Shown piece by piece: positions 54,968 to 64,000 of a stretch of DNA of 64,000 bases. How positions within the stretch are numbered: position 1 is the stretch's first letter; every line of letters starts with the position of its first letter. A program made the position numbers and the translations under genes. The notes under the pieces were generated by a model. That model made no database searches, was not told the origin of the DNA, and worked only from the letters and a program-made list of their open reading frames with translations. Where the stretch lies: the NCBI GenBank assembly GCA_964498725.1, contig CAZCHS010000004.1, forward strand, positions 26,876 through 90,875, read 5' to 3'. This stretch comes from an uncultured bacterium (GTDB lineage Bacteria; Fidelibacterota; UBA2242; JAFGTP01).

Positions 54968-56788
54968 ATGGGCGTAATGCAAAAACTTAGAGAAAAAACA
55001 CATATTATCCTATGGGGAGTTCTGATACTATTCGTACTGAGTATGACAATCGGTGGACTGGTCGGTGGTGCAAATGTTTTGGATATTTTCTCAAACGACA
55101 GAAAAAATATGAACATTACTGGTAAAATAAATGATACAGAAATAGAAATAAGACAATTTTCTGATGCTTTACAAAACCAGCTGCAGACAATCAGAGAACA
55201 GGGCCGTGAGATCGATTCACAGACAAGGGACATGGTTTCCGACCGCGTTTGGAATTCCTTTGTCAATGAAATTCTGATTGATGAAAAAGCAGATGAATAC
55301 GGATTTACAGCCACTGATGAAGAGGTTTATGAATCTTTGGTCAATAATCCGCCGCAAATGTTTCAACAGCATCCCTCTTTCCAGACAGACGGACAATTTG
55401 ATATTCAAAAATATCACCAGGCGCTGCAAGATCCCCAGATTAATTGGCTGCCTTTTGAAAATCAGGTTCGTGCACAATTGCCTCTTACTAAAATGGTTAC
55501 TTATGTGCAATCTTTACCAACTGTTTCCCAATGGGAAATTCGGAATGAATACATTCGCAATAATGTTAAATTCTCGCTGGAAACCCTGAGTATGGCAATA
55601 ACAACAGTCAGTAGAGAAGAAGTTGAAGTAAGTGATCAGGAAATTGAAAAACGGTATAAGGAAAATAAAGAAGATTTCCTGCAGAAAGAAACCAGGGAAG
55701 TCAAATATGTCACTTTTGATATTAAACCTTCCCAAAAAGATTCTATGTCAGCGAAAAACTTTGCCGAAGATTTAATTGACAGAATTGAAAGTGGTGAGTC
55801 TTTTAAAACAGTTGCGACTGAGTACACCGAAGACCCCAGTGGCCAGGAAAATGGCGGTGATCTGGGCTGGTTTGGTGAAGGCCGCATGGCCAAACCTTTT
55901 TCCGACGCGGCATTCAATGCTGATGAAGGAGAAATTGTTGGCCCAGTACTGACAAATTTTGGTTATCATATCATAAAGGTTGAAGATTTCCGGGAAAAAG
56001 AGGGCAAAAAAGAAGTTAAAGCCCGTCATATTTTACTGAAAATTGAAACCGGTCCGGAAACACAGAATGAGATCAATTCAACAGCCAATTTGTTTGCCTA
56101 TGATGCCAATGAATTTGGGTTTGAAGCCGCTGCTGACAGCTATGATGTGGAAATCCAAACTTTCGATAAACTGGCGAAAGACACCCGCTATCTGCCGGGA
56201 CTGGGATTTTTACCGGCTGCTTCCCGGTTTGCATTTTCCGATGTACCGGTGGGTGAAATTTCCAAATTGTATTCAACTGAAGATTCTTTCGTGATCTTTA
56301 AATTGGCCGGCATCAAGGAAGAATATTACAAAGAACTGGAAGATGTAAAAAGTTCGATCAAAGATGAAATCGTCCAGGAAAAACGCAAAGAAAAACTAAG
56401 TAGCTTCGCCAATGATGTTTACGCTGAAATTCAGTCGGGTAAAACCCTGGAAACCATCAAAGAAGCGGAACCGAAATATAATTACGCAAAAATCGATACA
56501 GCTGTCCTGACCAAACCCCTGAAAAACCTGGGTACCAATGACAAGTTGACCGGTGCGGTTATGGCATTGGAAACCAATGAAGTTTCCAAACCGATTTTCA
56601 TCAACGAAAAATATGTCATTGTCAAGTTGCTTGACAAAACAGCGATTAATGAAGAAAAATTCGCTGCCGCCAGGGAAGACCTTAGAAAACAACTGCTGGA
56701 TCGTAAGAAATCAACTTACTACAACAATTGGGTACAGGCCCTGCGGGACAACGCTAAAATCGTTGATAACCGCGCGAATATTTTCTAA
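54968..56788 (+). CDS. ppiD: periplasmic chaperone / parvulin PPIase, PpiD-like
   Basis: The N-terminal anchor MGVMQKLREKTHIILWGVLILFVLSM is a typical PpiD start. Parvulin block ARHILLKI...GGDLGWFGEGRMAKPFSDAAF...TNFGYHIIKV. AAGGAGG RBS before ATG 54968. Confidence 0.8.
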   Translation: MGVMQKLREKTHIILWGVLILFVLSMTIGGLVGGANVLDIFSNDRKNMNITGKINDTEIEIRQFSDALQNQLQTIREQGREIDSQTRDMVSDRVWNSFVNEILIDEKADEYGFTATDEEVYESLVNNPPQMFQQHPSFQTDGQFDIQKYHQALQDPQINWLPFENQVRAQLPLTKMVTYVQSLPTVSQWEIRNEYIRNNVKFSLETLSMAITTVSREEVEVSDQEIEKRYKENKEDFLQKETREVKYVTFDIKPSQKDSMSAKNFAEDLIDRIESGESFKTVATEYTEDPSGQENGGDLGWFGEGRMAKPFSDAAFNADEGEIVGPVLTNFGYHIIKVEDFREKEGKKEVKARHILLKIETGPETQNEINSTANLFAYDANEFGFEAAADSYDVEIQTFDKLAKDTRYLPGLGFLPAASRFAFSDVPVGEISKLYSTEDSFVIFKLAGIKEEYYKELEDVKSSIKDEIVQEKRKEKLSSFANDVYAEIQSGKTLETIKEAEPKYNYAKIDTAVLTKPLKNLGTNDKLTGAVMALETNEVSKPIFINEKYVIVKLLDKTAINEEKFAAAREDLRKQLLDRKKSTYYNNWVQALRDNAKIVDNRANIF

Positions 56789-56812
56789 ATACCAAAATAT
56801 TTATCAAAATAT

Positions 56813-56849
56813 AAACCTCCAAAGTTCAAAAAACTTCGGAGGTTTTTTT
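56813..56849 (+). terminator. rho-independent terminator
   Basis: AAACCTCCAAAGTT / AACTTCGGAGGTTT stem (1 mismatch) followed by TTTTT. Confidence 0.7.
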
Positions 56850-56851
56850 AA

Positions 56852-56961
56852 CCTGAATTATTCATGAATTTTCAATTTTTTAAAGGAAAGCGAATAAAAT
56901 TAACAGGTTACGAAAAATTAATAAAAAGATGAATTGGAAAATTCATAGAATGATATTCAGG
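56852..56961. repeat. MITE-like 110-bp element, copy 2
   Basis: Aligns over its full length with 1514..1625 and has the same terminal inverted repeats. Confidence 0.75.
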
Positions 56962-57008
56962 TTAAAAAATCCTTTCTAATCTCCCACAGAATTCCCTAAT
57001 TTTTACAA

Positions 57009-58100
57009 ATGACCACAATAAAACCCCATAGCAACCGCAAGATCATTCACATCGACATGGATGCTTTTTACGCCTCTGTAGAGCAGCGGGACTTTCCGGA
57101 ATACAAAGGGAAACCTTTGGTTGTGGGTTCACCAAGCAAACGTGGTGTAATTGCGGCTGCCAGCTATGAAGCGAGAGAATACGGCATTCATTCAGCCATG
57201 CCTTCTGCTGTAGCAATTAACAAGTGCCCGGAACTGATCTTTGCCCGGGGCAGATTTCATATCTATAAGGAGATCTCTACACAAATCCGCAAAATTTTCA
57301 AGGAATACACTGATCTGATAGAACCGCTTTCCCTGGATGAAGCTTTTCTGGATGTTACGGAAAACAAAAAAAACATGCGCTCCGCCACTCACATTGCTCA
57401 GGAAATCCGCGACAAAATCAAAACCCGCACCGGTTTAACAGCTTCTGCTGGTATCTCAATCAATAAATTTCTCGCCAAAATCGCTTCCGACATCAATAAA
57501 CCCAACGGCATGAAAGTGATCAAACCCGATGAAGTGGAAAATTTCATCAACCAATTACCGGTAAAGAAATTCTTCGGAGTCGGCAAGGTAACCGCTGCTA
57601 AAATGAACCGGCTCGGTATATATACAGGCGCTGATCTGAAACAAAAAACCATGCCCGAGTTAATCGAGTATTTTGGTAAAACCGGTATTTATTACTACTA
57701 TATTGTACGGGGGATTGATAACCGGCCCGTTGAGCCGTCACGAATTCGTAAGTCAATTGGCGCCGAGGAAACCTTTTATGATGACATTGTAAAAGACGAT
57801 CTGTTGCTCTCCCATATCGAAAATATAGCCGAGGATGTCTGGAACCGTATGCAGCGCGCCAATGTCTGCGGCAAAACCCTCACTTTGAAAGTTAAATATT
57901 ATGATTTCATGATCAACACTCACAGCACTACACGGCCTACCTCCATTGATAATGAGGAGGATCTGCTGGTATTGGCGCAAAAACTGCTGGAGGTGCGGCG
58001 CTTTCCAGATAAGCCTATTCGCCTGTTGGGGCTTTCAGTCTCTAATTTAGACAATGCTGCAGGACCGAAGGTCTACGAACAACTCTGCCTGGATTTGTAA
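57009..58100 (+). CDS. dinB: DNA polymerase IV (Y-family)
   Basis: IIHIDMDAFYASVEQRD, SLDEAFLDVT and a little-finger region. Confidence 0.9.
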   Translation: MTTIKPHSNRKIIHIDMDAFYASVEQRDFPEYKGKPLVVGSPSKRGVIAAASYEAREYGIHSAMPSAVAINKCPELIFARGRFHIYKEISTQIRKIFKEYTDLIEPLSLDEAFLDVTENKKNMRSATHIAQEIRDKIKTRTGLTASAGISINKFLAKIASDINKPNGMKVIKPDEVENFINQLPVKKFFGVGKVTAAKMNRLGIYTGADLKQKTMPELIEYFGKTGIYYYYIVRGIDNRPVEPSRIRKSIGAEETFYDDIVKDDLLLSHIENIAEDVWNRMQRANVCGKTLTLKVKYYDFMINTHSTTRPTSIDNEEDLLVLAQKLLEVRRFPDKPIRLLGLSVSNLDNAAGPKVYEQLCLDL

Positions 58101-58195
58101 AAGAATTTTTCCGGATTGTTTTTGATTTTGACTGATGAGGGAAAACAGTTTTGTCTTGATTTGGGGGCAAGAAGGTTGCAAATCTTTATTTCATA

Positions 58196-58229
58196 GGATA
58201 TAGCAAGCGACAATTGCCGCTTGCTATCC
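58196..58229. terminator. hairpin between convergent dinB and the DUF4954-like gene
   Basis: GGATATAGCAAGCG / CGCTTGCTATCC stem with one bulge. Confidence 0.55.
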
Positions 58230-58242
58230 TCTATATCATCAT

Positions 58243-60213
58243 TCAACTAAAAAAGGCTTTTAGCCGGTCGGCTTTTTCCTCGGTTTTCTGATTGTCTTCC
58301 AGTAGACTCCTGACAAAGGAATTAGATGCTTTGGTGCCGCGAACAGCCTCGAAATCTTTCCGGCGAACATCAGCATCACCGTCAATACCATAGCCTTTCA
58401 TGCTGTTGACATCAAATTCCTTATCAGCGTCCCGCAGGATCATATTATTGAGTTTGATCTTGTCCTTTTTCCAACTGGCGACAAGCGTCAGGAAATCCTC
58501 TGGTATAATATCAGAAGACTTTTTACCCAACTGCTTTTCTATGAGGTCAACTGTCCATTGCCATGCCAGTTCATCATATTTATTATGAATTTCTGCTAAT
58601 TCTTCAATAACCTTTTCAGGAGTATTAAAATTATCAGTTTTAATATCTTCTATCAGATTTTCAATATGGTGAAGAGGTGCAATCAGCCCCAGCATATCCA
58701 CCCATTTTTCATGAACAGACATTTTATTTTTAAGGCCCTTTTCCATAAAATCTTCCATTTTCACAATAGTATGTCGCTTGATAAAACGAATGATCTGTTC
58801 TCCGATAAAAATATTGATCGGAATTTTGTAATACTTTTTCGCCGTCCGCATGAGAAGACGTTTGACTTTTATTCCGTCGAGATTGATAAATTCTATCTTT
58901 TTACTGGCGTTATCATAGAGCTCCGTCAGTTTATCCTGAGCGCGAAGGACTTTGGAAATAACAAAGGGAGAAAAGAGATCGAAATTGATCAGGTCCCGTT
59001 TTTTGGCACAGGTTCGTTTATCCCGTTTAGGCCATTTCTCACTGTCCCGCAGGGTTCCCACTGTGATCAGGTTCATGGCCGGCGTCAGCACAGATTCACC
59101 CTCCTGTTCTTCCACATAGGAAAAGGGAAAATCACTGACATCGAAATGACTATAATGCTTACCCATGACAGCAGAAAAAGGCCCTACCCGGCTGGGCCAC
59201 AACAGATAGGAAAAAGAACCGGTTTTGCAGCCGCGCTCCAGTATTCCCTGGTGTAAGGGTCCCAGCTTATACATGTGATTACTCTGATTCGTACCGCTGC
59301 CGGCATTGTAAAAAGAAAACAGTCCGGCGATGAGCAATGATGATTTGTGATGCGTCACAGTGTAGGGGCCGGCAAAAAGCGCACAGGCTTCCCCGTGAAA
59401 GCATTCACTATTGGCGAAAAAGGCGGAATTCTCAGCGGAATATTGTTTGCCGATAGTCACTCCCTGTCCCAGGAAACAATCTTCAATCTGGGCATCATTT
59501 TCAACTTTACTGCCTTCCTGCATGATGAAATTCTTCAGCAGTCGCGCGTTTGTTACTTCGGAATGGCTATCCAGGGAACTCATGATCGTGCCATTGACAA
59601 TCATATCGGTTGCTAATATTTTAGCAAAAGGGCCAACCATCACATTTTCCATACGTTTCACCTGCTGGATACAGGCTTGTTTGCCCACTCTGCCCCATTC
59701 AGTTTTCCGGGATATAACATATTTCTTAATCATTGCTTTTAATTTGCTGATCAGCTCCTGATCATGTTGATAATTCACCAGCATATACGCCATCTGAGCG
59801 TTGAGTTCCTCAAAAATCGGCAGTTCTCTCCCACCTCCTTCATTGAGCACTTCAATTTCCACACCATTACCAAAACTATTCCGCCCGGTCACATGCAGGC
59901 TGCCCACATTTTCAATAACCGCCGCGTTTTCAATGTGGTAATTACTGATGTCAGCCACGCGATTAATATAAACATTATCCTCTATTATACAATTATGCAG
60001 GCTGGTATATTTAATGCCGCAATCCTTCATAACACCATTAACAGAAACATCATGATCAAATACACCCAGTTTTATGTCGCCATAAAACTCGACATTGTAT
60101 AATTTGTGGGGATTGAATCCCTCCTTCACTTCAATACGGGACCAATTCCGTGTCCAGCAATTGTTATTTTGAAGGATTTGGATTTCCTCGTCGGTTAATT
60201 TTCTGTAACACAT
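58243..60213 (-). CDS. DUF4954-like protein (~650 aa, beta-helix-like repeats)
   Basis: The N-terminus YRKLTDEEIQILQNNNCWTRNWSRIEV, the length and the hexapeptide-like segments (NCIIEDNVYINRVADISNYHIENAAVIENVG) match my recollection of the Bacteroides-type DUF4954 family. Not verified by search. Confidence 0.5.
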   Translation of the reverse strand: MCYRKLTDEEIQILQNNNCWTRNWSRIEVKEGFNPHKLYNVEFYGDIKLGVFDHDVSVNGVMKDCGIKYTSLHNCIIEDNVYINRVADISNYHIENAAVIENVGSLHVTGRNSFGNGVEIEVLNEGGGRELPIFEELNAQMAYMLVNYQHDQELISKLKAMIKKYVISRKTEWGRVGKQACIQQVKRMENVMVGPFAKILATDMIVNGTIMSSLDSHSEVTNARLLKNFIMQEGSKVENDAQIEDCFLGQGVTIGKQYSAENSAFFANSECFHGEACALFAGPYTVTHHKSSLLIAGLFSFYNAGSGTNQSNHMYKLGPLHQGILERGCKTGSFSYLLWPSRVGPFSAVMGKHYSHFDVSDFPFSYVEEQEGESVLTPAMNLITVGTLRDSEKWPKRDKRTCAKKRDLINFDLFSPFVISKVLRAQDKLTELYDNASKKIEFINLDGIKVKRLLMRTAKKYYKIPINIFIGEQIIRFIKRHTIVKMEDFMEKGLKNKMSVHEKWVDMLGLIAPLHHIENLIEDIKTDNFNTPEKVIEELAEIHNKYDELAWQWTVDLIEKQLGKKSSDIIPEDFLTLVASWKKDKIKLNNMILRDADKEFDVNSMKGYGIDGDADVRRKDFEAVRGTKASNSFVRSLLEDNQKTEEKADRLKAFFS

Positions 60214-60243
60214 ATTCGACCTCTCATCTCACCTTATTGTGAT

Positions 60244-60328
60244 ACACCTTGCGAATGGTCGAAAGACCTTCGCAATGGTGTTGGTTTCTAATTAGTATAG
60301 CGAAGGTCTACGAACCATTCGCAAGGTG
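60244..60328. repeat. 29-bp inverted repeat pair between nagB and the DUF4954-like gene
   Basis: ACACCTTGCGAATGGTCGAAAGACCTTCGC (60244-60273) versus GCGAAGGTCTACGAACCATTCGCAAGGTGT (60300-60328). Each arm is itself a small hairpin. Confidence 0.75.
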
Positions 60329-60337
60329 TTCAAATTA

Positions 60338-61147
60338 TTACAGTTCCGGTACATCATTTAGTGAATCTTTTTCAATATCCTTAAAATATTTGACCGTGCC
60401 GACTTTCAATTCCATAGTGGCTTCCTCATCGCAGACAATAATGCCATTGGGATGCAATTGCAAGGCGGAAACCGTCCACATGTGGTTGACGCCCTCTTCC
60501 ACGACTTTTTGCAGGGCCCGGGCTTTCTTATAGCCATTGATCAAAATAAGGACTTCATCAGAATCCATCACTGTGCCTACACCGACGGTCAGAGCGGTCT
60601 TCGGAACTTTGTTCAGGTCATTATCAAAAAAGCGGGAATTAGCAAGAATAGTATCATAGGTCAGAGTTTTGATACGGGTTGTTGACGAGAGTGATGAGCC
60701 CGGTTCATTAAAAGCAATATGCCCGTCCGGTCCAATACCACCGAGAAACAGATCAATACCGCCGTAGCTATCGATTTTATCTTCGTAGGCTTCACATTCG
60801 GATTCCAGATCTTCGGCATTCCCGTCCAGAATATTGATATTTTCTTTGGGAATATCGATATGGTCGAACAGATTGGTTTTCATAAAATAATGGTAACTTT
60901 CCGGATGGTCTTCCGGAATTTTGACATATTCGTCCATATTAAAAGTCACAACATTTTTAAAGGAAACCTTACCGGCTTTATGCAACTTTATAATCTCTAT
61001 GTATGTTCCGATAGGTGTTGAACCGGTGGGCAAACCCAAAACAAAGGGTTCCTCCTTTGTCGACTCGGCTTCATTGATTCTTTTTACAACATGATACGCC
61101 ACCCATTTACTCATTTTTTTATAATCATCGTGAATTAATATACGCAT
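60338..61147 (-). CDS. nagB: glucosamine-6-phosphate deaminase
   Basis: Collinear high similarity to the E. coli NagB sequence as I recall it ([69 protein letters not shown]). Confidence 0.9.
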   Translation of the reverse strand: MRILIHDDYKKMSKWVAYHVVKRINEAESTKEEPFVLGLPTGSTPIGTYIEIIKLHKAGKVSFKNVVTFNMDEYVKIPEDHPESYHYFMKTNLFDHIDIPKENINILDGNAEDLESECEAYEDKIDSYGGIDLFLGGIGPDGHIAFNEPGSSLSSTTRIKTLTYDTILANSRFFDNDLNKVPKTALTVGVGTVMDSDEVLILINGYKKARALQKVVEEGVNHMWTVSALQLHPNGIIVCDEEATMELKVGTVKYFKDIEKDSLNDVPEL

Positions 61148-61165
61148 TTTTATTCTCCTGTTTGC

Positions 61166-63295
61166 TTATAACATTATATTGGCATCAGCCACAAAACAGC
61201 CTTTGCCTTTTTTTAATACAATCAATGGATTGATATCCAGTTCTTTAATTTGCGGACAATCCACAGCCAATTGCCCCAGTCGAATCAATGTATTCTGAAG
61301 GGCATCCATATCAGCCGGTTCAATACCACGGGCGCCATGCAGGATGTGTGAGGATTTGGTTTCCTCGATCATTTCTGTAGCAGCCTCTTTGTCCACCGGT
61401 GCCACCCGGAAACTGACATCTTTGAAAACCTCCACAAAAATACCCCCCAACCCATACATAATAAAGGGGCCAAAAGCCGGGTCCCGTTTAACACCCAGGA
61501 TCACTTCCTGTCCTTTGGGTATCATTTCTTCCACCAGAACACCGTCAATTTTAGCTTTGGGTTTGGCTTTGGGAACATGGATCATAATGCTTTTGTAAGC
61601 CTCTTTTGCTTCTTTGGCATTTTTCACGTCAATGACTACACCTTTTATGTCAAATTTATGTGTAATGTCCTCGGACATTACCTTCAGGACTACCGGATAG
61701 CCGATTTCTTTGGCAGCTTTGCCGGCTTCTTCTGCAGAATTTACCAACTGACGTTTTGGCACCGGAATTTTATAGGTTTCCAGCACCTTATCGGCTTCAT
61801 TTTCCGGCAGGATTTTGCGTCCTTTTTTCAATGCTTCATTGAGAATCTTCTGCGCTGCTTCCTTATCCACATCTTCATATAATTCGGACCGGTCAATCTC
61901 ATTGAGTTTGTGGGTTTCAAAATTATAAGCGGTGGCAAAGGATTTACACATGGATTCCGGTAATTGGTAATGAGGAATCTTGTTGCGCTGCAGAATATCC
62001 ACACCGGGCGCGACATCCGCTTCCCCCATGAAAGAGGCATAAAGCGGCTTATCATACTGCTCAGCCACATTGACGATTTCCTTGGCAATGGTTTCGATAT
62101 CAGTCATGGATTGCGGGGTCAGGATCACAAAAGCGCCATCCACATTAACATCCTTCAAAGCCTGGGACAGGGCAATTTTATAGCGGTCCGCACGGGCGTC
62201 CCCGATAACATCTACAGGATTTTTAATATTAGCTGTTTTCGGCAGATTCTTCTTAAAAACCGCTGTCGTTTGATCGGAAAATTTCGCCAGTTCCAACCCT
62301 TCATGAATCGCCGCATCAGTGGTCAATACACCGGGACCGCCGGCATTGGTAATAATGGCAACGTGATTGCTTTTAGGCATGGGCTGATAAGCCATGGCAA
62401 TGGCTTTATTAAACATCTCCTCAATATTCTGACAGCGAATGATGCCGGCCTGCTTCAGAGCGGCGTCTGTAACCTGATCGGAACCGGCCAAAGAACCGGT
62501 ATGGGAAGCAGCCGCCGAAGCGCCTTCATCGGTGCGTCCGGACTTGATCGCCAGAATCGGCTTGCCGGTATCATTAATGATCTCACGGGCTGTATCCATG
62601 AGTTCCCGGCCTTTGCTGATCTCCTCCAGGTACATGAGAATGACTTTGGTTTTTGGGTCATCCTTCAAATATTTCAATAGATCAATTTCATCAATATCAG
62701 CCTTGTTTCCAAAACTGATGAATTTTGAAAAACCGATATGCTTGGCCTGGGCGTAATCCAGAACTGCAGTACAAAGCGCGCCGCTCTGGGACAAAAACCC
62801 GATACTGCCGGCTTCAGGCATTTTCCGCGCGAAAGATGCATTGAGCATGGACTTCGGATCTGTATTGATTACTCCCAAACAATTGGGCCCGATAAAATTA
62901 ATATCATATTTCTCAGCAATCTCAAGAATTTGTTGTTCCCGTTCGACTCCCTTTCCGCCCACTTCACGGTATCCGGCAGAAATAATGATCACGGATTTCA
63001 CGCCCTTCTTACCACATTGCTCCAGTGCCATGTGACCGACGGAACTTGGAAAAACGATAATTGCCAGATCAATGGGATCTTCGATATCAACGATATATTT
63101 GTAGCATTTGGCTCCCGCGATGAATTTTTCACGGGGACTCACCGGGTAGACAATTCCCTGAAAATCCGCTTTGAGTATATTATGAATGATGTCATGAGGA
63201 ACGGTGCCGGGAACCTTATTGGCACCAACAACTGCTATAGATTGTGGATAAAATATTTTATCCATATGCTCCATTAGATTATTTTTTGGTGACAT
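61166..63295 (-). CDS. ADP-forming acetyl/acyl-CoA synthetase family protein (CoA-binding + succinyl-CoA-synthetase-like + ATP-grasp)
   Basis: SIAVVGANKVPGTV CoA-binding start, GPNCLGV, SQSGAL, and the phosphohistidine-loop-like SHTGSLAG. C-terminal ATP-grasp region. Confidence 0.8.
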   Translation of the reverse strand: MSPKNNLMEHMDKIFYPQSIAVVGANKVPGTVPHDIIHNILKADFQGIVYPVSPREKFIAGAKCYKYIVDIEDPIDLAIIVFPSSVGHMALEQCGKKGVKSVIIISAGYREVGGKGVEREQQILEIAEKYDINFIGPNCLGVINTDPKSMLNASFARKMPEAGSIGFLSQSGALCTAVLDYAQAKHIGFSKFISFGNKADIDEIDLLKYLKDDPKTKVILMYLEEISKGRELMDTAREIINDTGKPILAIKSGRTDEGASAAASHTGSLAGSDQVTDAALKQAGIIRCQNIEEMFNKAIAMAYQPMPKSNHVAIITNAGGPGVLTTDAAIHEGLELAKFSDQTTAVFKKNLPKTANIKNPVDVIGDARADRYKIALSQALKDVNVDGAFVILTPQSMTDIETIAKEIVNVAEQYDKPLYASFMGEADVAPGVDILQRNKIPHYQLPESMCKSFATAYNFETHKLNEIDRSELYEDVDKEAAQKILNEALKKGRKILPENEADKVLETYKIPVPKRQLVNSAEEAGKAAKEIGYPVVLKVMSEDITHKFDIKGVVIDVKNAKEAKEAYKSIMIHVPKAKPKAKIDGVLVEEMIPKGQEVILGVKRDPAFGPFIMYGLGGIFVEVFKDVSFRVAPVDKEAATEMIEETKSSHILHGARGIEPADMDALQNTLIRLGQLAVDCPQIKELDINPLIVLKKGKGCFVADANIML

Positions 63296-63311
63296 TGGCT
63301 AACCTTTCATT

Positions 63312-63551
63312 TTACAAGTAACTGGAAATGAATTCGACGGCATCGGAAACACTCTGGATCTCCAGGGCCTTGTCTTCATCCATTTCGATGTCAAATTCTT
63401 CCTCAAACCCGGCTACAAGTTCCAGGCTTTGGGCGGAATCTGCTCCCAGGTCAAAAATGAAATTGGCGTCATCACTGATCTCTTCTTTGTCGATTTTTAA
63501 TACATTGGAAATGACCTTTTTAACTCTTTCTTTGACTTTGTCATTAGACAT
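63312..63551 (-). CDS. acyl carrier protein-like (79 aa)
   Basis: FDLGADSAQSLELVAGFEEEFDIEM contains a DS phosphopantetheine-attachment-type motif followed by helix II. GGAGG RBS before ATG 63551. Confidence 0.7.
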   Translation of the reverse strand: MSNDKVKERVKKVISNVLKIDKEEISDDANFIFDLGADSAQSLELVAGFEEEFDIEMDEDKALEIQSVSDAVEFISSYL

Positions 63552-63791
63552 AAGCTGAACCTCCTCATTTAGTATATATTTAAACGTGCACACATATATA
63601 GTAAAATTAATTCAATATAAAAGCAAGAATTAAAAAATTAATTTAACAACATTTTTAAGATAGTGATATTAATTTCACTATTCTCCGTCTATAAAAAAGA
63701 TGTTTTGTTAAATTTTAGATAGGTAAGTTTACTAACTAATTTTAAATTATTTAAATTTAAGGGTTTGGAATTTTTAGATATTTAATGTGAA

Positions 63792-63951
63792 AATCCTCCA
63801 AGGTTTGAAAAAACCTTCGAGGATTAGTGTTGTTTGCCAGATTTAAACCTTGGCGTTGCTTCGGAATTCGAAGGTTGTTGGATTGGTTTGGTGCTTGTAG
63901 AGCGAATGTCCGATTCGCTTATCAAATATTCAGGTCGATCCTGAATATTTG
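63792..63951. repeat. cluster of four consecutive hairpins upstream of the ACP operon
   Basis: AATCCTCCAAGGTTT/AAACCTTCGAGGATT (63792-63825). CTTCGGAATTCGAAG palindrome. AGCGAAT/ATTCGCT (63901-63919). CAAATATTCAGG/CCTGAATATTTG (63923-63951), the last reusing the MITE terminal repeat sequence. Confidence 0.7.
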
Positions 63952-64000
63952 ATTTCTTTCGTAGCCAGAACTAAAAATTAGTGCCATTTCCCACCGATTC

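Noticed and set aside
58132-58146. CTGATGAG...GAAAC, the two core boxes of a hammerhead ribozyme, downstream of dinB.
   Set aside because: The boxes are separated by only two G residues, so no stem II can form. There are no convincing stems I or III and no cleavage triplet in register.
63819-63830. A second GGATTAGT 8-mer, which could be a target or relative of the sRNA 5' block.
   Set aside because: It lies inside a local hairpin arm (AAACCTTCGAGGATT), has no surrounding similarity to the sRNA units, and its occurrence is consistent with chance.

Overview
AT-rich bacterial chromosomal window with about 55 protein genes and one tRNA-Leu. I saw no rRNA, CRISPR array, transposase, integrase or phage genes. 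The gene content points to a member of the FCB superphylum (Bacteroidota relatives or candidate phyla), but the taxon cannot be fixed from sequence alone. The supporting features are two large secreted proteins with type IX secretion (T9SS) C-terminal sorting domains, PorV/PorQ-like outer-membrane barrels, a SusC-sized TonB-dependent receptor with a carboxypeptidase-regulatory-like N-domain, a DUF4954-like protein and a sigma54 activator. Most of the window is housekeeping: argS (partial), groES, fba, purM, gpsA, pabABC, ligA, dinB, nagB, ppiD-like, NfeD/SPFH and a fadD-like ligase. The most interesting region is 15.5-28.1 kb. It holds a minus-strand operon of TonB-dependent receptor, a 1077-aa T9SS-sorted protein of unknown function and a PorV-like barrel. 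Next to it lies a membrane-anchored sigma54 enhancer-binding protein whose periplasmic part is a beta-propeller/Y_Y_Y sensor. Between the two are two paralogous ~60-nt units, each with a sigma54-like -24/-12 box, a conserved 5' segment and an intrinsic terminator, which I propose are small RNAs. Other accessory features are: ParE/Phd and HicB/HicA modules flanking a B12-binding radical SAM gene (hicA is missing from the ORF track); a Tyr/Gly-rich lipoprotein with a Ser/Arg tail paired with a beta-barrel; an ACP, ADP-forming acyl-CoA synthetase, nagB and DUF4954 cluster; and at least four families of short intergenic repeats or hairpins (MITE-like). All functional calls come from reading motifs in the translations. 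No database search was run.
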